Shown piece by piece: positions 44,459 to 53,523 of a stretch of DNA of 64,000 bases. The notes beneath the pieces were generated by a model. The model made no database searches and was not told the DNA's origin. It saw only the letters and a list, made by a program, of their open reading frames with translations. Location of the stretch: contig CABUWK010000003.1 of NCBI GenBank assembly GCA_902495325.1, positions 23,645-87,644 of the forward strand. The letters are read 5' to 3'. This DNA comes from an uncultured Acidiphilium sp. GTDB taxonomy: Bacteria > Bacillota > Clostridia > Christensenellales > Borkfalkiaceae. Position numbers and translations under genes: made by a program. Every line of letters begins with the position of its first letter. The first letter of the stretch is position 1.

Positions 44459-45943
44459 ATGACCCAGATCAAACAGACCGAAAACACGAAAAACGAAAAG
44501 AAGAAGATCTGCCCGGAGTGCGGCGAACCCGCCCCGGAAGAGGCGTTCTTCTGCGAAATCTGCGGAGCCCGTCTCGACGGAAAAAAGAGCTGCCTTGCCT
44601 GCGGCGCCACGTTCGAAGGCAAAGTCTGCCCCGTGTGCGGCGAGCCGGCACCCGCAAAGAAGAAGAAAGAGAAAAAAGAAACGGTCGCTCCGACCGCTTC
44701 GGCTTACGCGGGCGGACCGACCGTAAAAGAAAAAGTCGCGAAAAAGAAAGGAAACGCCTTTTATATATCGGCGATTTTCGCTTTTCTCGCTTCCGTCTGG
44801 TCGCTTTTCGGCTGGTTTATGATCGGTACATTCGCCGGCGGCGCGGGGAACAAAACTTTCTCCTGGAACCGCGCGCTCTCCGTCTCCGATAATCTGAATA
44901 AGCTTTCCGCGTTTCTGAGCGATTTTTTCGCAAACACGAAACGGGTGTTCTATTTCTTCGGACAGAATTTCAAAGACGTTACGAAACGGCTGTCTTTCCT
45001 GCCGGATAAATCGAGACTGAGCGCGCTGAACCTTTATTCGCAACAGGTATTTATCACGGTCGTTCTCTCTCTTTCTCTGATTTCGATCGTGATCTCCGTC
45101 ATCGCGGCGGCAAAACGCATGTATCGCAATCTCTCGGGAAAAGACGATGCTCCCGCGCTTGCTCCCGCATCTTTTGCGGTATTCTCCCTGCTTTGCGCAA
45201 ACATGGTATTCTCCCGCCTGATCGCAAACTTCACCGATCTCGGCGGAGATTCTTATTCCTTCACCGCCCTTTCGGGATTTTCTTACGGCGGCATGTTCTT
45301 CCCCGCCGTCCTGTGGCTCGTCGCCTTTTTCACCTCGCTGAAAAACGGCAAAAAAGCGACAAAGCAAATGCGCAGACACAACGCCTGGACCCGCCGTTGC
45401 GGATTCCTCGCGCTGGTCGCCGTATTCCTTATCGGGTTTTCATGGATCAACGTGTTTGTGGATAACGTGAAAAACGAAGCGATCCTGCTTTCCGGTCGTT
45501 CCGCTGCGGGCGAATTCGGTTACGCCCTCTCCTTTGCCGACGAATTCTGGGACGGAACGCTCGCGTCCGGACAGCGCCAGATTTTCTTCTACGTGTCCAT
45601 TCTTTCGGGAACGTTGCTCACGGCAGCCGCCGTCGTCCTTCCCGCCCTCGCGGCGTGCCTTTCTTCCGCAAAACGGGATCACGGCGGAGACGAGATCGCA
45701 ATCGCAGCCATTACGTTCGTCCTTTCTCTCGGGCTGCTCGCCGCCGATATCATTCTTTCCGTTACCTTTAAAAACGCCTACATGCGGACCTTCGCGGAAG
45801 TTTCCGTTTCCTTCCCGCTTGCGATCGCAACGTGCGTCGTTTCCCTTCTTCTGCTCCTCTCGACGGTTGCCCGCAAATGTGCGGAACCGAAGATCACGAC
45901 GGAAGAGAACGAAGCGCCTCTCCTTTCTTCTCATCATTTCTGA
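44459..45943 (+). CDS. Double zinc-ribbon N-terminus plus polytopic membrane protein, unknown function (paralog B)
   Basis: 494-aa ORF, 37 nt after paralog A. The CxxC pairs are CPECGEPAPEEAFFCEICG...CLACGATFEGKVCPVCG. A Lys-rich linker follows, then about 8 TM. The post-TM1 motif VFYFFGQNFKD matches WYFFYESFED in A. Confidence 0.8.
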   Translation: MTQIKQTENTKNEKKKICPECGEPAPEEAFFCEICGARLDGKKSCLACGATFEGKVCPVCGEPAPAKKKKEKKETVAPTASAYAGGPTVKEKVAKKKGNAFYISAIFAFLASVWSLFGWFMIGTFAGGAGNKTFSWNRALSVSDNLNKLSAFLSDFFANTKRVFYFFGQNFKDVTKRLSFLPDKSRLSALNLYSQQVFITVVLSLSLISIVISVIAAAKRMYRNLSGKDDAPALAPASFAVFSLLCANMVFSRLIANFTDLGGDSYSFTALSGFSYGGMFFPAVLWLVAFFTSLKNGKKATKQMRRHNAWTRRCGFLALVAVFLIGFSWINVFVDNVKNEAILLSGRSAAGEFGYALSFADEFWDGTLASGQRQIFFYVSILSGTLLTAAAVVLPALAACLSSAKRDHGGDEIAIAAITFVLSLGLLAADIILSVTFKNAYMRTFAEVSVSFPLAIATCVVSLLLLLSTVARKCAEPKITTEENEAPLLSSHHF

Positions 45944-45962
45944 CCGAAAACAAAAAGCACGC

Positions 45963-46000
45963 CGCAACGACGAGAAAATCGTGGTTGCGACGTTTATTTT
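45963..46000 (+). terminator. Intrinsic terminator after the zinc-ribbon pair
   Basis: CGCAACGACGA-GAAAA-TCGTGGTTGCG (one mismatch) followed by ACGTTTATTTTTCTCTTTTTT. Confidence 0.65.
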
Positions 46001-46067
46001 TCTCTTTTTTCGTCAATACTACGGGAAAAAAGGGCGTGCTTGCCGTTTGCCGCCCGAAAGGACAGCT

Positions 46068-47567
46068 ATGACGAAAATCGTGATCGTAGGCGGGGGCGTA
46101 AGCGGGCTTTCCGCCGGAATTTATGCAAAAAAAGAAGGATTTGACGTAACGATACTCGAAAAACACGCCGTTGCGGGCGGAAATCTCACGGGGTGGAAAC
46201 GGAAAGGATTTACGATCGACAACTGCATCCATTGGCTTACGGGAACCAATCCCGCATCTTCCCTGTACAAAACATGGAAAGAGCTCGGCATCCTGCCCGA
46301 ACGGGAAAAACTCGTTTATCGGGAAGAACTTTTCACCTGTTTTTACCGCGGCGAAAAATTCGGGCTTCCGAGAGATCTCTCCGAATTTGCCAAAAGGATG
46401 CTCGCCAGATCGCCGCGAGACGAAAAGGAGATCTTCCGTCTGATCTCGGCGATCGGGATCGTTCAGGGGCTTTCCGGGATCGCCGGAGAAGGAAGGAACG
46501 AGGATCTTTCCCCGAGAAATATTTTGCGCGCTCCCCTGCTCTTTCGCTATTTCACCATGACGACGGGAGATTTGTCCCGCAGGTTTCACGATCCCCTTCT
46601 TCGGAAATTTTTCTCGTCCGTTCTGACCGATTCGTTCGGCGCGCTCGGACTGATCGCCGTTTTTGCCCATTTCTGCGGGGGAAACGCGGACGTTCCCGCG
46701 GGCGGCTCGCTCTGCGCGGCGCAACGTATGGCGGAACGCTTTTTATCCCTCGGCGGCGAACTTCGCCTTTCCTCGGAAGTCGGACGGATCGACGTAAAAG
46801 AAGGAAAAGCCCGCGCTCTCACCCTTAAAAGCGGAGAACGGGTCTCCTTCGATTTTCTTCTCGTTTCGATCGACCCCGCCGTTGCCTTTCCGATGCTGAT
46901 CGGCATGCCGTTGCCGAAAAAACTTGCCGCGCTTTATAACGATTCCCGCATGCACCGTTTTTCAAGCGTTCAGTGCGCATTTGCCTGCAAAACGGAAGAC
47001 CTCCCCTTCCGCGGAGAAGCCGTGCTTCCTTCGGACGAAAAAGGAGAAACGCCCCTGCTCGTGCGGGAGTTTTCCTTTGAAAGAGACTTCGCCCCTCAGG
47101 GATACACGATCGTACAGACGATGGCTTTCTGCCTCGAAACGCAGGCGGAACGATGGATCTCCCTTCACAGATACCCGGACGTTTACCGCGCGGAAAAAGA
47201 AAAAGCGATCCGCCGGACGACGGAAAGGATCGGAAAAAGCTTCCCTTCGCTGAAGGGAAGCCTGGAAATTCTCGATTGCTGGACGCCCGCCACCTATCGC
47301 CGGTACGTCGGATCGGAAATCGGTTCCTACATGGGATTCGCGTTTTCTTCCCGACGGATGCCGAAAAAACTCAGCCCCGCGATCAAAGGCGTAAAAAATT
47401 GTTTTTTATGCGGACAATGGTTACAGGCTCCCGGCGGCTTGCCGATCGCGGCGGAAAGCGGGAAACGCGCCGTAGCCGAAGTGAAAAAAAGCCTTGCGAA
47501 AGGAAAGTTCCGTTTCCCCGCCGCCTTGCGCGCCTTTCTTTCCGGTCGCCGCGCCCGTCAGGAATGA
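46068..47567 (+). CDS. FAD/NAD(P)-dependent oxidoreductase, phytoene-desaturase (CrtI)-like family
   Basis: The ORF-track ORF (45534..) overlaps the preceding gene. The real start is MTKIVIVGGGVSGLSAGIYAKKEGFDVTILEKHAVAGGN (GxGxxG dinucleotide fold) at 46068, after AAAGGA. Confidence 0.8.
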   Translation: MTKIVIVGGGVSGLSAGIYAKKEGFDVTILEKHAVAGGNLTGWKRKGFTIDNCIHWLTGTNPASSLYKTWKELGILPEREKLVYREELFTCFYRGEKFGLPRDLSEFAKRMLARSPRDEKEIFRLISAIGIVQGLSGIAGEGRNEDLSPRNILRAPLLFRYFTMTTGDLSRRFHDPLLRKFFSSVLTDSFGALGLIAVFAHFCGGNADVPAGGSLCAAQRMAERFLSLGGELRLSSEVGRIDVKEGKARALTLKSGERVSFDFLLVSIDPAVAFPMLIGMPLPKKLAALYNDSRMHRFSSVQCAFACKTEDLPFRGEAVLPSDEKGETPLLVREFSFERDFAPQGYTIVQTMAFCLETQAERWISLHRYPDVYRAEKEKAIRRTTERIGKSFPSLKGSLEILDCWTPATYRRYVGSEIGSYMGFAFSSRRMPKKLSPAIKGVKNCFLCGQWLQAPGGLPIAAESGKRAVAEVKKSLAKGKFRFPAALRAFLSGRRARQE

Positions 47568-48811
47568 TCGGGCTTTTTTGTCAGGCATTCTTTCAGATCG
47601 TACAGCAGGAAACACAAAACGACCGTGTTGATCACAGCGGCGAGTTGCACGCAGTTTTCCCCGAGAGCCGATATGATATACCCGCCGAACAGAAAATGCG
47701 TGTAGCAAAGCAAACTCGAAAACTGCATCATCGGGATCAGAAAATATCTCTTTCCGGAAACGATCGCGTACAGGATCACGGCGACGTCGGCAAAATAGAA
47801 ATACCTTTCGTGCATGTGCGGCAGAACGTACGGCACGAGCACGGCGAAAAGCGCGGTCACAAGCATACAGTTCCCGGGAGAAGGAGGCATGCCCTTGCGG
47901 AAAAGCACCGCAAGCACCGCCCCTACGACCGCCACGGCAAACAGAACCGCCGCGCCGTTGTTCAGATATCCGTAAACGTTTTTAAACTGTAAAAACGCGT
48001 ACATATTCGCCGCGCCGTAATTGGCGTTCGGATACTTTCCGAGTTGGGTAAAAAACATTTTAAAGGGTTCCGCAAACGGAGTGCCGAAACAGTATGCGGG
48101 CAAAAACGTGATCACATACCCTACGGCGATCATCAAAAGATTCCTCACCCTCATCTTTTTCGCAAGGAAAAGCCATGCGAGCACAGGCAGAAAAAACACG
48201 GCTTGCGGCTTGTTGGCAAAAGCAAGCCCGATCACGAACGCGGAAAGATTTCTGCGCCCGCGGATCGCGAAATACAGCGACCACACCGCCCCGCAGGTAT
48301 AAAGCTGATCGCACTGTCCCCAGACGGCGGAATTAAGAATGCCGGTCGGCATCAGGCAAATCGCGCACAAAGCGACGACCCCGCAACCTTTCTTTCCCGT
48401 GATCTCTTTCGTAAGAAAATAACCGCCGGATGCGAGAAGATAATCGAAAAAGAAAGAGGACAACTTGATCGCAGTCACTTCGTCGCACGGGAGATAGGAT
48501 AACAGGGCGAGAAGCTCGATATAGGCAACCGGGTAATCGCAGGCTTTCGGCGTGAAATTCGGGTAATACTTCAAAGCGAAAAATCCGCCGTTTTCCCGAA
48601 GAAATACCGTCCATGGTTGCAGGGCGTTTTTCATATCGCCCGAAACGTAACCGCGGAACGACCACCTGACAAACGCGGACAGAACGATCACGAGCGCGGC
48701 GGCGATCCACACGATATTCTTTTTCATAAAATCGAGAAAGCGGTCGGTCGCACCGTCCGCCTTCTTTGCGTAAACGCGGAAGCCTTCTTCCAATTTGTTT
48801 CCGGGTTTCAT
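47558..48811 (-). CDS. Polytopic membrane protein, GT-C-type glycosyltransferase-like
   Basis: About 11 TM segments. The first periplasmic-loop segment YVSGDMKNALQPW resembles the acidic loop of GT-C enzymes. I prefer the start at 48811 (MKPGNKL) because of the strong GGGGGAGGG RBS. The ORF-track start at 48910 overlaps the trehalase gene. Confidence 0.5.
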   Translation of the reverse strand: MKPGNKLEEGFRVYAKKADGATDRFLDFMKKNIVWIAAALVIVLSAFVRWSFRGYVSGDMKNALQPWTVFLRENGGFFALKYYPNFTPKACDYPVAYIELLALLSYLPCDEVTAIKLSSFFFDYLLASGGYFLTKEITGKKGCGVVALCAICLMPTGILNSAVWGQCDQLYTCGAVWSLYFAIRGRRNLSAFVIGLAFANKPQAVFFLPVLAWLFLAKKMRVRNLLMIAVGYVITFLPAYCFGTPFAEPFKMFFTQLGKYPNANYGAANMYAFLQFKNVYGYLNNGAAVLFAVAVVGAVLAVLFRKGMPPSPGNCMLVTALFAVLVPYVLPHMHERYFYFADVAVILYAIVSGKRYFLIPMMQFSSLLCYTHFLFGGYIISALGENCVQLAAVINTVVLCFLLYDLKECLTKKPDHS

Positions 48812-48887
48812 TTTTCCCTCCCCCTGATTTTCTTTTTCGTCCTGCCCGTCGTTTTTTCCGGGACCGACCGCGGATTCTCCGGAGTTT

Positions 48888-50102
48888 TTACAGATCCTCT
48901 TTTTCGACAAACATGCGATAAACGCCAGCCGTCCATCCCATCATGGGCATGGTTTCATATTCCGCCGTCACCGCAATCTTACCGGTCAGAGCGTCGTATT
49001 TTTCCCAAAGCCTGCCCGTTTCGTCAAAGATGTTTCTTACCGCGCTTACGTATTTTTCCGCAATTCTCCTCGCGTCTTCGTCGAGACCGACGTTTTTCAG
49101 CCCCATATACGCAAAACAGGTCGCGGCGGGCCACATACAGGGATAATCCCATTGAAAAAACACGTCGTCTTCGCGTTTTTCGCAGGTGGAAAGTCCGAAC
49201 GGCAGCTCGAGGCGTTTCAGGACCTTCCGCGCGCCCGCCTTATCCCCCGAAACGCCGAACGCATAGGGGTATAAAGAAACGGCGGAAAGAATTTCGGAAT
49301 GCGCGCCCGTTACCATATTGTAATCGAGATAGATCCCGTCTTCCGTGAGATAATACCGATCGATAAGTTTTTTTCTCTCTTCGGCGCGTTTTGAAAATTC
49401 ATCCGCTTCGTCGCACCTGCTTAAAAGTTTCAGCATTTCCGACGTCCGCATTTCTACGTCGAACAGGATACAGTCGAGATCGAGATGCGAAAACTCGTGC
49501 GCGGCGATACGGCTTTCCTTCGTACGGAAACGGACGTTGAAATCGAGCCCGCTTTCGGCGATTGCCATGATGTCTTTACCGATGCGGAGTTTTTCCTCTT
49601 CCGTTTCTCCCGTTTCCAGAACGCGGGAATGATGCCACCCGTAGTTGTTCAGAATATCGGTTTTTCCTCCGTTATTCCCGTACGAACTTAAGCCGATTTT
49701 ATTTTTCCGCTTCGTCTGCCAGAAGGTATATTCCTTCAGCACCGCCCCGATATAATCTTCGATAACCGACCGGTCGCCCGTATGAACGTAATAATCGTAA
49801 ATCATGCGGGTGAATAAAGGCGGTTGCGACCTGTCCGAAATATAGTTCACGTTCGGCATAAAACCGAGCGCGTCGATAAATCTGGAAATATTGTCTATGT
49901 TATTTCTCGCCTGTTCGGTAAATCCGTCGGCTAACAGACCGATATTGATAAAATAAGTGTCCCAATAAAACAAGTCGGTGTAATGATCCGCCGTACACGG
50001 CGAGACATACGGATGGTCTATTTTTATCTCCCCGGACAAATCCCCCGCGGGATGAAACGTTTTGCGCCAGTTCTCTTTTATATACAGCGAAACCTTATCC
50101 AT
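48888..50102 (-). CDS. GH37 trehalase-family glycosidase, cytoplasmic
   Basis: DLFYWDTYF and DRSQPPLF match trehalase signature 1, and FQWDYPCMWPA matches signature 2 (QWDYPNAWPP). There is no signal peptide. Confidence 0.8.
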   Translation of the reverse strand: MDKVSLYIKENWRKTFHPAGDLSGEIKIDHPYVSPCTADHYTDLFYWDTYFINIGLLADGFTEQARNNIDNISRFIDALGFMPNVNYISDRSQPPLFTRMIYDYYVHTGDRSVIEDYIGAVLKEYTFWQTKRKNKIGLSSYGNNGGKTDILNNYGWHHSRVLETGETEEEKLRIGKDIMAIAESGLDFNVRFRTKESRIAAHEFSHLDLDCILFDVEMRTSEMLKLLSRCDEADEFSKRAEERKKLIDRYYLTEDGIYLDYNMVTGAHSEILSAVSLYPYAFGVSGDKAGARKVLKRLELPFGLSTCEKREDDVFFQWDYPCMWPAATCFAYMGLKNVGLDEDARRIAEKYVSAVRNIFDETGRLWEKYDALTGKIAVTAEYETMPMMGWTAGVYRMFVEKEDL

Positions 50103-50129
50103 AGCAATATACCTGTGTATTTTTGTTTG

Positions 50130-50158
50130 ATTATATCACTTTTCCTTCCGGAATGCAA
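50130..50158 (-). promoter_or_regulatory. Promoter of the trehalase/GT-C-like operon
   Basis: The minus strand reads TTGCAT (50153-50158), 17 nt, TATAAT (50130-50135), with an extended -10 TG (GTGATATAAT). Confidence 0.6.
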
Positions 50159-50216
50159 GTAAAAAACGAAACTTTGCCCGGGCGACGATACCGCGTGCCG
50201 AAGTTCGTCGGAAGGG

Positions 50217-50253
50217 AATAAAAATCGGGTCGCCCGATAACAGGCAACCCGAT
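50217..50253 (-). terminator. Intrinsic terminator after the Cys-rich lipoprotein gene
   Basis: The minus strand reads ATCGGGT-TGCCTGTTATCGGGCG-ACCCGAT followed by TTTTTAT. Confidence 0.55.
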
Positions 50254-50301
50254 CGTTTTTACGGTGAAATTCGGTTTACGACTGTGTCAGCCGTCGCAAT
50301 T

Positions 50302-52338
50302 TCAGAACAGATCTCCCATCCGGTATTTGCCGTTGTTCATCAGAAATACCTTCAGATACTTTCCTTTTTCGGTTTCCGGTTCCCCTTCTCCTGCCGTAAC
50401 GGTTTTCACGTAATCCGCAACGACGAGGGTTTCTTTCACGGCATTTTCGCCGGATCCGGAGCTTCCGTAGATCACTTTGGAAAGGTCGATCGTGTAAACC
50501 GTAACGGTAGTAACCGTCACGTCTCCCTCACCCGTTTCCGTTTCGGTAACGGTGATCGTAAGGATATTTCCTTCCGAAGTCGCCGTCGTCGTTTCATCGG
50601 TATACACGTTGCCTACCGTCATCGAAACGATCTGTTTTTTCACGTTTTCTTCCACTTTCGAATAGTCCACGGTCGAAACGTAATCCGTCCCTAAAATAAG
50701 GGAAGCCTTCATGGTCGTGGAAGACACGGTGTTTTCGGTTTCGTCGTTTTCCGTAAAGCTCGCCCCGATCGACAGCAAACGTCCTTCTTTATCCGTCACG
50801 ATCCTCACGTCGATCGAATTTTTGATCTCGTCGATCATCGCCTGAACGGACGCTTTGATCGTAGCCGCGGTGATCGAATCGTCTTCCTGAGATGCGATCG
50901 ATGCGATCAGCTGATAGACGTTCATCTTGCCGTATGTATCGAGATACATTTCAAGCTGCGCCGCCGTGGGAAGGGTAACGGATACGGAGCCGTCTCCCGC
51001 GCTTGCGATGATTTCGGTAAGAACGGTCTTCACCGTTTTCGCCAGGAACTCTTCATCCGAGAGCATTCCGGTGATATTCGTCTGAACCTTTCCTTCCGTT
51101 GCCGCAAGGATCAACTCGTCGATGTTTTTGATCTCGCCGTTCGTCATTGCGGCGATCTGCTGATTGAATGCGTCGATCTCTTCCTGCAGGTCGACGCCGA
51201 GCGTCTGCTGGAGCATCGCGACGGCTTCGGCAACCGTCATGCCCATAACGGACTGATAATTTTCAACGATCGTTGCCGACAGATCGCCGTAAGGATCTTC
51301 GGAGGGTTCGTTACCGCCGAAACCGTAAAGGGTATTATAGATATCGGCAACGGACATTTTCGAAAGAGCCTCGTTCAGAGCGTCGAGAAGCCCGAAGTTC
51401 AAAGCAAAGGAATATCCGTTCGCTTCCGCCGTCGGAACGAACGCGACTTTGATCACCTGCCCGAGATTTCCGAGAACGGTCGTAAGAATTTCGGTAACGT
51501 CGGACATTCCTCCCGGTATTTCGGGGATCTTATCGCTGAGAAGGCTCACTTCGTTCTTCCATGCAAGGGTTGCGGTTTCGTCGCTGCCGCCGCCGTTGAT
51601 CCCGCTTTCGATCAGCGCCTTGACGAGATCTTCCATAACCGCGGCGGGAACGCTGTAATAACTTGCTTCTCCGTCTTCCTCTTCGGTACCCGCGCCGACG
51701 ATCTCCGCATAAAGCGTTTCGTCTTTCAGAACGATCTTCGCGGTAGTCGACGTCGTTTCTTTTTCCACGTCTGCAGAGCTATCTTCGGTCGACGATTCGA
51801 CCGTGAAGGAAACGTTCAGCGTTAAATTCGTAACGGTAAACGAACCTTTCGCATCCGGAAGCAAGGTGTAACGGCATACGATTTCGCCGTTTTTCACGCT
51901 GTTTGTAACCGTATAGGTTCCGTCGCTCCAGGCATAAGCATAGTCATAACCAAACGTAACGGAAAATCCCTTCATGATTCCCTGCATTGCGGAAAGGGCG
52001 AGATTTCCCATAAAATCGTCCGTTAAAAGCTGTGCGCCGCATTTTGTGCAGGTGTAGCCGCCGTCGAAGGTGTGCGCCCCGGCGGATTTTTCGATCGTGT
52101 CCGCCTGCGTGATCTCGGTCGTGGCTTTTTCGTCCGCAAAATATTTATTGCACTTTTCGCACTGCCAGTAAGTTTTCGTTCCGTCCTTCAGACAGGTTGC
52201 AGCAACACTCTCGTGCTTCATGAGAACGTGATCGCACGACGCCGTGCCCGAATCTTTTTCGCATGCCGTAAGCGCAAACGCCGTGATAAAGCAGCAGAAC
52301 AAAGCGGTAAGCACGGTAAGCAACTTCTTCTTTTTCAT
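50302..52338 (-). CDS. Large secreted lipoprotein with an N-terminal Cys-rich (CxxC-type) module, unknown function
   Basis: The start at 52338 (MKKKKLLTVLTALFCCFITAFALTAC lipobox) is preceded by AAGGAGAAG. The mature N-terminus is CDHVLMKHESVAATCLKDGTKTYWQCEKCNKYF...HTFDGGYTCTKCG. The rest is Thr/Glu/Val-rich with no motif I recognise. Confidence 0.8.
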   Translation of the reverse strand: MKKKKLLTVLTALFCCFITAFALTACEKDSGTASCDHVLMKHESVAATCLKDGTKTYWQCEKCNKYFADEKATTEITQADTIEKSAGAHTFDGGYTCTKCGAQLLTDDFMGNLALSAMQGIMKGFSVTFGYDYAYAWSDGTYTVTNSVKNGEIVCRYTLLPDAKGSFTVTNLTLNVSFTVESSTEDSSADVEKETTSTTAKIVLKDETLYAEIVGAGTEEEDGEASYYSVPAAVMEDLVKALIESGINGGGSDETATLAWKNEVSLLSDKIPEIPGGMSDVTEILTTVLGNLGQVIKVAFVPTAEANGYSFALNFGLLDALNEALSKMSVADIYNTLYGFGGNEPSEDPYGDLSATIVENYQSVMGMTVAEAVAMLQQTLGVDLQEEIDAFNQQIAAMTNGEIKNIDELILAATEGKVQTNITGMLSDEEFLAKTVKTVLTEIIASAGDGSVSVTLPTAAQLEMYLDTYGKMNVYQLIASIASQEDDSITAATIKASVQAMIDEIKNSIDVRIVTDKEGRLLSIGASFTENDETENTVSSTTMKASLILGTDYVSTVDYSKVEENVKKQIVSMTVGNVYTDETTTATSEGNILTITVTETETGEGDVTVTTVTVYTIDLSKVIYGSSGSGENAVKETLVVADYVKTVTAGEGEPETEKGKYLKVFLMNNGKYRMGDLF

Positions 52339-52480
52339 ATCTTCTCCTTTGCCGGCGGAAACGCTTTTCCGCATGTTTTCCCCGGCGATCCCGAAAAGCC
52401 GGCGCATCCGCGGCAACCGTTTCCGGAACGCAAAAACCCGGAAACGCCGCGCCCGCAGGCTCGTTCGTCTTACATTATAT

Positions 52481-52509
52481 ATTTTATTATAATTCGCGGA
52501 ATCTGTCAA
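52481..52509 (-). promoter_or_regulatory. Promoter of the Cys-rich lipoprotein gene
   Basis: The minus strand reads TTGACA (52504-52509), 17 nt, TAAAAT (52481-52486). An AT-rich UP-like tract lies upstream (52510-52640), and a GC-rich leader of about 135 nt follows. Confidence 0.55.
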
Positions 52510-52642
52510 TCCTTTGCATGAAATTTTTTTATTTTCGCAAATGAAATTTAAAACAAAACAAAATTAAAGAATCGTAAAACTTTACAATCCGTGCAACAAA
52601 AAGCAATTCCGCCCGGAAAAGTTTTTCTGTTTCCCCCCGAAG

Positions 52643-52675
52643 GCAAAAGAAAAAACCGATCGTACGATCGGTTTT
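52643..52675 (-). terminator. Intrinsic terminator after the cvpA-like gene
   Basis: Perfect palindrome AAAACCGATCGTACGATCGGTTTT (52652-52675), followed on the minus strand by TTCTTTTG. Confidence 0.75.
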
Positions 52676-52725
52676 CCCTTTAAATGAAAATTAAGAAACA
52701 CTTAGTGTAAGCGTGATTTCAAATA

Positions 52726-53412
52726 TCATTCGCCGTCCTTTCCGACGCCGAACCAACCGGCAATCAGATCGTTCAACGGATTGTGTTCATAAATAAACCC
52801 GCCGAAAGGAGCCGCCGAAATGTTTTCGTGCACGGAAGTAATCGTTTTTTCGAGCGAACGGTTTACCGGCGCGTAAATTTTCTGATCACCTTCGAGAACG
52901 TTTTTATATCTGTCCCCTTCGTTCAGCGCGTGAATCGCACCGAAAGAGAAAAGAACCAGCGCGCAGACGAGACCGATGTTCAGAACGAACCCGAGCACGT
53001 TATCGATGATCTTCCACGGTTTCCAGTCGATCCGGCATTTTCCGAGGGTCACTTTATACAAAAGACCGATGAGAAGGAAAACGAGAACGTAAACAACGAT
53101 CGCAACGATGATCCCTAAAGGTATGTAACCGACGATCGCGCAGAGTTTTTCATAAGTCGCCTGATTCCACGTTTCTCCGATGTTCGACCCGACGTTTCCG
53201 AAAAACGAAGCGACGTTATCGCCCATCAGCCTGAGCCAGCCGACTTTATCGAAAAGAAAATAAAGCCCGACCGCCGCGCCTATGCCCGCCGCGATAGAGA
53301 GAATCGTTTTCACGAAGCCGAACACGAAATGCCCGGTAAACCCTTTTTTAATACTGAAAAGGATCGCCAAACCGAGCAGGACGAACAGCACGATATCGAT
53401 TAAAAAGAACAT
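52726..53412 (-). CDS. CvpA-family-like membrane protein
   Basis: 228-aa ORF with 4 TM. The N-terminus MFFLIDIVLFVLLGLAILFSIKKGF resembles CvpA-family starts. Confidence 0.5.
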   Translation of the reverse strand: MFFLIDIVLFVLLGLAILFSIKKGFTGHFVFGFVKTILSIAAGIGAAVGLYFLFDKVGWLRLMGDNVASFFGNVGSNIGETWNQATYEKLCAIVGYIPLGIIVAIVVYVLVFLLIGLLYKVTLGKCRIDWKPWKIIDNVLGFVLNIGLVCALVLFSFGAIHALNEGDRYKNVLEGDQKIYAPVNRSLEKTITSVHENISAAPFGGFIYEHNPLNDLIAGWFGVGKDGE

Positions 53413-53445
53413 AACGCTATCCCCGCTTTATAATGATCTGTATTT

Positions 53446-53474
53446 ATTATAATACACTTTCACGCAATTGTCAA
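53446..53474 (-). promoter_or_regulatory. Promoter of the cvpA-like gene
   Basis: The minus strand shows perfect consensus: TTGACA (53469-53474), 17 nt, TATAAT (53446-53451). Confidence 0.65.
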
Positions 53475-53523
53475 TGTTTATTTCGAAAAAACGGCTGTTT
53501 TTTCGGAAAAAACTGTATATTTT

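Noticed and set aside
45534-46067. 178-aa N-terminal extension of the flavoprotein ORF
   Set aside because: It overlaps the zinc-ribbon paralog B gene and its terminator. The GxGxxG fold starts right after the ATG at 46068, which has an RBS.
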